Shown here: positions 55,301-64,000 of the stretch, piece by piece
How the letters are laid out: every line of letters begins with the position of its first letter
How positions within the stretch are numbered: position 1 is the stretch's first letter
Assembly: GCF_009914755.1 (NCBI RefSeq)
Contig: NC_060938.1
Strand: one strand, 5' to 3'
DNA: 64,000 nucleotides
Source: the human T2T-CHM13v2.0 reference genome, Homo sapiens
The notes under the pieces: model-generated
Told to the model about the DNA's origin: nothing
Seen by the model: the letters and a program-made list of their open reading frames with translations, nothing else
Databases searched by the model: none
Translations under genes and position numbers: made by a program

Positions 55301-58300
55301 ATGAGTTGAATGCAAACATCACAAAGACGTTTCTGAGAATGCTTCTGTCTAGATTTGATATGAAGATATTCCCGTTTCCAACGAAATCTTCAAATCTATC
55401 CAAATGTCCACTTGCAGATTCAACAAAAAGTGTTTTTCAGAACTGCTCTATCAAAAGAAAGATCCACCTCTGTTAGCTGAGTTCAGACATCACAAACAAG
55501 TTTATGAGAATGCTTCTGTCTAGTTTTTATTTGAAGATATTTCCTTTCTCACCATAGACCTGAAAGCTGTCCTAATGTTCACTTCCAGTTACTACAGAGT
55601 GTTTCAAAACTGCTGTACGAAAGGGAATGTTCAACTCTGTGACTTGAATGCACACATCACAAAGAAGTTTCTGAGGATGCTGCTGTCTACTTTTTATACT
55701 TAATCCCGTTTCCAACGAAATCCTCCAAGCTATCCAAATATCCACTTGCAGATTCCACAGAAAGACTGTTTCAAAACTGCTCTGTCAATAGAAAGGTTCA
55801 ACTCTGTTAGCTGCGTGCATATATCCCAAAGAAGATTCTGAGATTGCTTCTGTCTAGTTTTTATGGGAAGATATTTCCCTTTTCACCGTAGGCGTCAAGG
55901 CGCTCCAAATGTCCACTTCCAGATACTACAAAAAGAGTGTTTCAAACCTACTCTGTGAAAGGGAATATTCAACTCTGTGACTTGAATGCACATATCACAA
56001 GGAAGTTTCTGAGAATGCTTCTGTCGAGATTTTATATGAAGATATTCCCGTTTCCAACGAAATCCTGAAATCTATCCAAATATCCCCTCGCAGATTCTAC
56101 AAAAAGAGTGTTTCAAAACTGCTCTGTAAAAAGAAAGGTTCAACTCTGTTAGTTGAGTACACACATCACAAACAAGTTTCACAGAATGCTTCTTTCTAGC
56201 TTGTAGGGGAAGATATTCCCTTTATCACCATGGGCCTCAAACCGTCCGATAAGTCCACTTCCATATACTACAAAAAGAGCGTTTCAAACCTGCTCTATGA
56301 AAGGCAATGTTCAACTCTGTGACTTGAATGCAGACATCACAGAGCAGTTTCTGAGAATGCTTCTGTCTAGATTTTATAGGAAGATATTCCCGTTTCCAAC
56401 GAAATCTTCACAGCTATCCAAATATCCACTTGCAGATTCTACAAAAAGAGTGTATCAAAACTGCTCTGTCAAAAGGAAGGTTCTTTTCTGTTAGGTGAGT
56501 GCATACGTCATAAAGGAGTTTCTGAGAATGTTTCTGTCTAGTGGTTATGGGAAGATATTTGCTTTTTCACCGTAGGCCTCAGAGCGCTCCAAATATCCAC
56601 TTGCACATACTACAAAAAGAGTGCCTCAAAGCTGCTCTCTGAAACGGAATGTGCAACTCTATGAGTTGAATGCAAACATCGCAAAGACGTTTCTGAGAAT
56701 GCTTCTGTCTAGATTTGATATGAAGATATTCCCGTTTCCAACGAAATCTTCAAATCTATCCAAATGTCCACTTGCAGATTCAACAAAAAGTGTTTTTCAG
56801 AACTGCTCTATCAAAAGAAAGATCCACCTCTGTTAGCTGAGTTCACACATCACAAACAAGTTTATGAGAATGCTTCTGTCTAGTTTTTATTTGAAGATAT
56901 TTCCTTTCTCACCATAGAGCTGAAAGCTGTCCTAATGTTCACTTCCAGATACTACAGAAAGAGTGTTTCAAAACTGCTGTACGAAAGGGAATGTTCAACT
57001 CTGTGACTTGAATGCACACATCACAAAGAAGTTTCTGAGGATGCTGCTGTCTACTTTTTATACGTAATCCCGTTTCCAACGAAATCCTCCAAGCTATCCA
57101 AATATCCACTTGCAGATTCCACAGAAAGACTGTTTCAAAACTGCTCTGTCAATAGAAAGGTTCAACTCTGTTAGCTGCGTGCATATATCCCAAAGAAGAT
57201 TCTGAGATTGCTTCTGTCTAGTTTTTATGGGAAGATATTTCCCTTTTCACCGTAGGTGTCAAGGCGCTCCAAATGTCCACTTCCAGATACTACAAAAAGA
57301 GTGTTTCAAACCTACTCTGTGAAAGGGAATATTCAACTCTGTGACTCGAATGCACATATCACAAAGAAGTTTCTGAGAATGCTTCTGTCGAGATTTTATA
57401 TGAAGATATTCCCGTTTCCAACGAAATGCTGAAATCTATCCAAATATCCCCTCGCAGATTCTACAAAAAGAGTGTTTCAAAACTGCTCTGTGAAAAGAAA
57501 GGTTCAACTCTGTTAGTTGAGTACACACATCACAAACAAGTTTCACAGAATGCTTCTTTCTAGCTTGTAGGGGAAGATATTCCCTTTATCACCATGGGCC
57601 TCAAACCGTCCGATAAGTCCACTTCCATATACTACAAAAAGAGCGTTTCAAACCTGCTCTATGAAAGGCAATGTTCAACTCTGTGACTTGAATGCAGACA
57701 TCACAGAGCAGTTTCTGAGAATGCTTCTGTCTAGATTTTATAGGAAGATATTCCCGTTTCCAACGAAATCTTCACAGCTATCCAAATATCCACTTGCAGA
57801 TTCTACAAAAAGAGTGTATCAAAACTGCTCTGTCAAAAGGAAGGTTCTTTTCTGTTAGGTGAGTGCATACGTCATAAAGGAGTTTCTGAGAATGTTTCTG
57901 TCTAGTGGTTATGGGAAGATATTTGCTTTTTCACCGTAGGCCTCAGAGCGCTCCAAATATCCACTTGCACATACTACAAAAAGAGTGCCTCAAAGCTGCT
58001 CTCTGAAACGGAATGTTCAACTCTATGAGTTGAATGCAAACATCGCAAAGACGTTTCTGAGAATGCTTCTGTCTAGATTTGATATGAAGATATTCCCGTT
58101 TCCAACGAAATCTTCAAATCTATCCAAATGTCCACTTGCAGATTCAACAAAAAGTGTTTTTCAGAACTGCTCTATCAAAAGAAAGATCCACCTCTGTTAG
58201 CTGAGTTCAGACATCACAAACAAGTTTATGAGAATGCTTCTGTCTAGTTTTTATTTGAAGATATTTCCTTTCTCACCATAGACCTGAAAGCTGTCCTAAT

Positions 58301-61300
58301 GTTCACTTCCAGTTACTACAGAAAGAGTGTTTCAAAACTGCTGTACGAAAGGGAATGTTCAACTCTGTGACTTGAATGCACACATCACAAAGAAGTTTCT
58401 GAGGATGCTGCTGTCTACTTTTTATACGTAATCCCGTTTCCAACGAAATCCTCCAAGCTATCCAAATATCCACTTGCAGATTCCACAGAAAGACTGTTTC
58501 AAAACTGCTCTGTCAATAGAAAGGTTCAACTCTGTTAGCTGTGTGCATATATCCCAAAGAAGATTCTGAGATTGCTTCTGTCTAGTTTTTATGGGAAGAT
58601 ATTTCCCTTTTCACCGTAGGCGTCAAGGCGCTCCAAATGTCCACTTCCAGATACTACAAAAAGAGTGTTTCAAACCTACTCTGTGAAAGGGAATATTCAA
58701 CTCTGTGACTTGAATGCACATATCACAAGGAAGTTTCTGAGAATGCTTCTGTCGAGATTTTATATGAAGATATTCCCGTTTCCAACGAAATCCTGAAATC
58801 TATCCAAATATCCCCTCGCAGATTCTACAAAAAGAGTGTTTCAAAACTGCTCTGTAAAAAGAAAGGTTCAACTCTGTTAGTTGAGTACACACATCACAAA
58901 CAAGTTTCACAGAATGCTTCTTTCTAGCTTGTAGGGGAAGATATTCCCTTTATCACCATGGGCCTCAAACCGTCCGATAAGTCCACTTCCATATACTACA
59001 AAAAGAGCGTTTCAAACCTGCTCTATGAAAGGCAATGTTCAACTCTGTGACTTGAATGCAGACATCACAGAGCAGTTTCTGAGAATGCTTCTGTCTAGAT
59101 TTTATAGGAAGATATTCCCGTTTCCAACGAAATCTTCACAGCTATCCAAATATCCACTTGCAGATTCTACAAAAAGAGTGTATCAAAACTGCTCTGTCAA
59201 AAGGAAGGTTCTTTTCTGTTAGGTGAGTGCATACGTCATAAAGGAGTTTCTGAGAATGTTTCTGTCTAGTGGTTATGGGAAGATATTTGCTTTTTCACCG
59301 TAGGCCTCAGAGCGCTCCAAATATCCACTTGCACATACTACAAAAAGAGTGCCTCAAAGCTGCTCTCTGAAACGGAATGTGCAACTCTATGAGTTGAATG
59401 CAAACATCGCAAAGACGTTTCTGAGAATGCTTCTGTCTAGATTTGATATGAAGATATTCCCGTTTCCAACGAAATCTTCAAATCTATCCAAATGTCCACT
59501 TGCAGATTCAACAAAAAGTGTTTTTCAGAACTGCTCTATCAAAAGAAAGATCCACCTCTGTTAGCTGAGTTCACACATCACAAACAAGTTTATGAGAATG
59601 CTTCTGTCTAGTTTTTATTTGAAGATATTTCCTTTCTCACCATAGAGCTGAAAGCTGTCCTAATGTTCACTTCCAGATACTACAGAAAGAGTGTTTCAAA
59701 ACTGCTGTACGAAAGGGAATGTTCAACTCTGTGACTTGAATGCACACATCACAAAGAAGTTTCTGAGGATGCTGCTGTCTACTTTTTATACGTAATCCCG
59801 TTTCCAACGAAATCCTCCAAGCTATCCAAATATCCACTTGCAGATTCCACAGAAAGACTGTTTCAAAACTGCTCTGTCAATAGAAAGGTTCAACTCTGTT
59901 AGCTGCGTGCATATATCCCAAAGAAGATTCTGAGATTGCTTCTGTCTAGTTTTTATGGGAAGATATTTCCCTTTTCACCGTAGGTGTCAAGGCGCTCCAA
60001 ATGTCCACTTCCAGATACTACAAAAAGAGTGTTTCAAACCTACTCTGTGAAAGGGAATATTCAACTCTGTGACTCGAATGCACATATCACAAAGAAGTTT
60101 CTGAGAATGCTTCTGTCGAGATTTTATATGAAGATATTCCCGTTTCCAACGAAATGCTGAAATCTATCCAAATATCCCCTCGCAGATTCTACAAAAAGAG
60201 TGTTTCAAAACTGCTCTGTGAAAAGAAAGGTTCAACTCTGTTAGTTGAGTACACACATCACAAACAAGTTTCACAGAATGCTTCTTTCTAGCTTGTAGGG
60301 GAAGATATTCCCTTTATCACCATGGGCCTCAAACCGTCCGATAAGTCCACTTCCATATACTACAAAAAGAGCGTTTCAAACCTGCTCTATGAAAGGCAAT
60401 GTTCAACTCTGTGACTTGAATGCAGACATCACAGAGCAGTTTCTGAGAATGCTTCTGTCTAGATTTTATAGGAAGATATTCCCGTTTCCAACGAAATCTT
60501 CACAGCTATCCAAATATCCACTTGCAGATTCTACAAAAAGAGTGCATCAAAACTGCTCTGTCAAAAGGAAGGTTCTTTTCTGTTAGGTGAGTGCATACGT
60601 CATAAAGGAGTTTCTGAGAATGTTTCTGTCTAGTGGTTATGGGAAGATATTTGCTTTTTCACCGTAGGCCTCAGAGCGCTCCAAATATCCACTTGCACAT
60701 ACTACAAAAAGAGTGCCTCAAAGCTGCTCTCTGAAACGGAATGTTCAACTCTATGAGTTGAATGCAAACATCGCAAAGACGTTTCTGAGAATGCTTCTGT
60801 CTAGATTTGATATGAAGATATTCCCGTTTCCAACGAAATCTTCAAATCTATCCAAATGTCCACTTGCAGATTCAACAAAAAGTGTTTTTCAGAACTGCTC
60901 TATCAAAAGAAAGATCCACCTCTGTTAGCTGAGTTCAGACATCACAAACAAGTTTATGAGAATGCTTCTGTCTAGTTTTTATTTGAAGATATTTCCTTTC
61001 TCACCATAGACCTGAAAGCTGTCCTAATGTTCACTTCCAGTTACTACAGAAAGAGTGTTTCAAAACTGCTGTACGAAAGGGAATGTTCAACTCTGTGACT
61101 TGAATGCACACATCACAAAGAAGTTTCTGAGGATGCTGCTGTCTACTTTTTATACTTAATCCCGTTTCCAACGAAATCCTCCAAGCTATCCAAATATCCA
61201 CTTGCAGATTCCACAGAAAGACTGTTTCAAAACTGCTCTGTCAATAGAAAGGTTCAACTCTGTTAGCTGTGTGCATATATCCCAAAGAAGATTCTGAGAT

Positions 61301-64000
61301 TGCTTCTGTCTAGTTTTTATGGGAAGATATTTCCCTTTTCACCGTAGGCGTCAAGGCGCTCCAAATGTCCACTTCCAGATACTACAAAAAGAGTGTTTCA
61401 AACCTACTCTGTGAAAGGGAATATTCAACTCTGTGACTTGAATGCACATATCACAAGGAAGTTTCTGAGAATGCTTCTGTCGAGATTTTATATGAAGATA
61501 TTCCCGTTTCCAACGAAATCCTGAAATCTATCCAAATATCCCCTCGCAGATTCTACAAAAAGAGTGTTTCAAAACTGCTCTGTAAAAAGAAAGGTTCAAC
61601 TCTGTTAGTTGAGTACACACATCACAAACAAGTTTCACAGAATGCTTCTTTCTAGCTTGTAGGGGAAGATATTCCCTTTATCACCATGGGCCTCAAACCG
61701 TCCGATAAGTCCACTTCCATATACTACAAAAAGAGCGTTTCAAACCTGCTCTATGAAAGGCAATGTTCAACTCTGTGACTTGAATGCAGACATCACAGAG
61801 CAGTTTCTGAGAATGCTTCTGTCTAGATTTTATAGGAAGATATTCCCGTTTCCAACGAAATCTTCACAGCTATCCAAATATCCACTTGCAGATTCTACAA
61901 AAAGAGTGTATCAAAACTGCTCTGTCAAAAGGAAGGTTCTTTTCTGTTAGGTGAGTGCATACGTCATAAAGGAGTTTCTGAGAATGTTTCTGTCTAGTGG
62001 TTATGGGAAGATATTTGCTTTTTCACCGTAGGCCTCAGAGCGCTCCAAATATCCACTTGCACATACTACAAAAAGAGTGCCTCAAAGCTGCTCTCTGAAA
62101 CGGAATGTGCAACTCTATGAGTTGAATGCAAACATCGCAAAGACGTTTCTGAGAATGCTTCTGTCTAGATTTGATATGAAGATATTCCCGTTTCCAACGA
62201 AATCTTCAAATCTATCCAAATGTCCACTTGCAGATTCAACAAAAAGTGTTTTTCACAACTGCTCTATCAAAAGAAAGATCCACCTCTGTTAGCTGAGTTC
62301 ACACATCACAAACAAGTTTATGAGAATGCTTCTGTCTAGTTTTTATTTGAAGATATTTCCTTTCTCACCATAGAGCTGAAAGCTGTCCTAATGTTCACTT
62401 CCAGATACTACAGAAAGAGTGTTTCAAAACTGCTGTACGAAAGGGAATGTTCAACTCTGTGACTTGAATGCACACATCACAAAGAAGTTTCTGAGGATGC
62501 TGCTGTCTACTTTTTATACGTAATCCCGTTTCCAACGAAATCCTCCAAGCTATCCAAATATCCACTTGCAGATTCCACAGAAAGACTGTTTCAAAACTGC
62601 TCTGTCAATAGAAAGGTTCAACTCTGTTAGCTGCGTGCATATATCCCAAAGAAGATTCTGAGATTGCTTCTGTCTAGTTTTTATGGGAAGATATTTCCCT
62701 TTTCACCGTAGGTGTCAAGGCGCTCCAAATGTCCACTTCCAGATACTACAAAAAGAGTGTTTCAAACCTACTCTGTGAAAGGGAATATTCAACTCTGTGA
62801 CTCGAATGCACATATAACAAAGAAGTTTCTGAGAATGCTTCTGTCGAGATTTTATATGAAGATATTCCCGTTTCCAACGAAATGCTGAAATCTATCCAAA
62901 TATCCCCTCGCAGATTCTACAAAAAGAGTGTTTCAAAACTGCTCTGTGAAAAGAAAGGTTCAACTCTGTTAGTTGAGTACACACATCACAAACAAGTTTC
63001 ACAGAATGCTTCTTTCTAGCTTGTAGGGGAAGATATTCCCTTTATCACCATGGGCCTCAAACCGTCCGATAAGTCCACTTCCATATACTACAAAAAGAGC
63101 GTTTCAAACCTGCTCTATGAAAGGCAATGTTCAACTCTGTGACTTGAATGCAGACATCACAGAGCAGTTTCTGAGAATGCTTCTGTCTAGATTTTATAGG
63201 AAGATATTCCCGTTTCCAACGAAATCTTCACAGCTATCCAAATATCCACTTGCAGATTCTACAAAAAGAGTGCATCAAAACTGCTCTGTCAAAAGGAAGG
63301 TTCTTTTCTGTTAGGTGAGTGCATACGTCATAAAGGAGTTTCTGAGAATGTTTCTGTCTAGTGGTTATGGGAAGATATTTGCTTTTTCACCGTAGGCCTC
63401 AGAGCGCTCCAAATATCCACTTGCACATACTACAAAAAGAGTGCCTCAAAGCTGCTCTCTGAAACGGAATGTTCAACTCTATGAGTTGAATGCAAACATC
63501 GCAAAGACGTTTCTGAGAATGCTTCTGTCTAGATTTGATATGAAGATATTCCCGTTTCCAACGAAATCTTCAAATCTATCCAAATGTCCACTTGCAGATT
63601 CAACAAAAAGTGTTTTTCAGAACTGCTCTATCAAAAGAAAGATCCACCTCTGTTAGCTGAGTTCAGACATCACAAACAAGTTTATGAGAATGCTTCTGTC
63701 TAGTTTTTATTTGAAGATATTTCCTTTCTCACCATAGACCTGAAAGCTGTCCTAATGTTCACTTCCAGTTACTACAGAAAGAGTGTTTCAAAACTGCTGT
63801 ACGAAAGGGAATGTTCAACTCTGTGACTTGAATGCACACATCACAAAGAAGTTTCTGAGGATGCTGCTGTCTACTTTTTATACTTAATCCCGTTTCCAAC
63901 GAAATCCTCCAAGCTATCCAAATATCCACTTGCAGATTCCACAGAAAGACTGTTTCAAAACTGCTCTGTCAATAGAAAGGTTCAACTCTGTTAGCTGTGT
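46341..64000 (-). repeat. HOR haplotype domain B (copies 35-47, with one A-type island)
   Basis: Diagnostic block ttcaccgtaggcctcagagcgctccaaatatccacttgcacatactac...gtgcctc...gaaacgg, in 1364-bp units. Seen in the ORF track as 'KVLFC / MPQSCSLKR'. Confidence 0.9.
54686..54702 (-). promoter_or_regulatory. Mutated, probably non-binding CENP-B box
   Basis: tcccAtttccaacgaaa (G>A at 54690) = TTTCGTTGGAAATGGGA; the core CGGG is changed to TGGG. Confidence 0.9.

Larger units (their letters stand above)
1..64000 (-). repeat. Centromeric alpha-satellite HOR array: 8-mer HOR of 1360/1364 bp, ~47 tandem copies, about 98-100% identical by eye
   Basis: ~171-bp alphoid monomers (reverse complement of CATTCTCAGAAACT...ACAGAGTTGAAC motifs) throughout. 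The same pseudo-ORF recurs at spacings of 1360 or 1364 bp (413, 1773, 3133, 4493, 5857 ... 63117). Orientation does not change and there is no foreign sequence. Confidence 0.99.

Noticed and set aside
413-63314. 47 copies of a 65-aa ORF (MKGNVQLCDL...)
   Set aside because: Chance open frame across about one alphoid monomer, repeated with the HOR. It has no gene context and no recognisable domain. Used only as a ruler for unit length.
737-63656. 47 copies of a 71-aa ORF resembling the 65-aa ORF (apparent paralog pair)
   Set aside because: It starts at GTG, and its similarity to the first ORF simply reflects the 342-bp monomer dimer. Not a coding gene family.
162-63910. Regularly spaced identical 17-bp motif suggesting a CRISPR-like repeat-spacer array
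   Set aside because: The motif is the CENP-B box. The intervening ~325-bp sequences are themselves repeated alphoid DNA, not unique spacers, and there are no cas genes.
1-64000. Possible inserted transposon (L1/Alu), inversion or truncated HOR
   Set aside because: Every unit spacing is 1360, 1364 or 1388 bp and all units keep one orientation, leaving no room for such events.
1-64000. The order of HOR variants as an information-bearing code or a novel programmed system
   Set aside because: The patterns are explained by known tandem-array processes (unequal exchange, conversion, slippage). Nothing in the sequence indicates dedicated machinery.

Overview
The whole 64 kb window is one uninterrupted, head-to-tail primate (human-type) centromeric alpha-satellite higher-order-repeat (HOR) array, read on the strand opposite to the usual alphoid consensus. 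It holds 46 complete copies and one partial copy of an 8-monomer (8 x ~171 bp) HOR of 1360 or 1364 bp; one copy is 1388 bp. A CENP-B box occurs in every second monomer (4 per HOR), giving a dimeric, suprachromosomal-family-2-like organisation most consistent with the chr14/chr22 D14Z9/D22Z1 8-mer. That chromosome call is from memory and needs a search. I saw no genes, RNA genes, mobile elements, inversions or CRISPR-like system; the ORF track is an artefact of the repeat. I did not find a new biological system. What is worth a second look is the internal variant architecture: two HOR haplotype domains with a boundary near 45-47 kb, two independent 2-HOR (16-mer) super-periodicities, isolated haplotype islands (one pair traceable to the boundary copy 30-40 kb away), a 28-bp microhomology-flanked tandem duplication, and a single inactivated CENP-B box within a cluster of private mutations. 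Variants were read by eye, so some single-base differences may have been missed.
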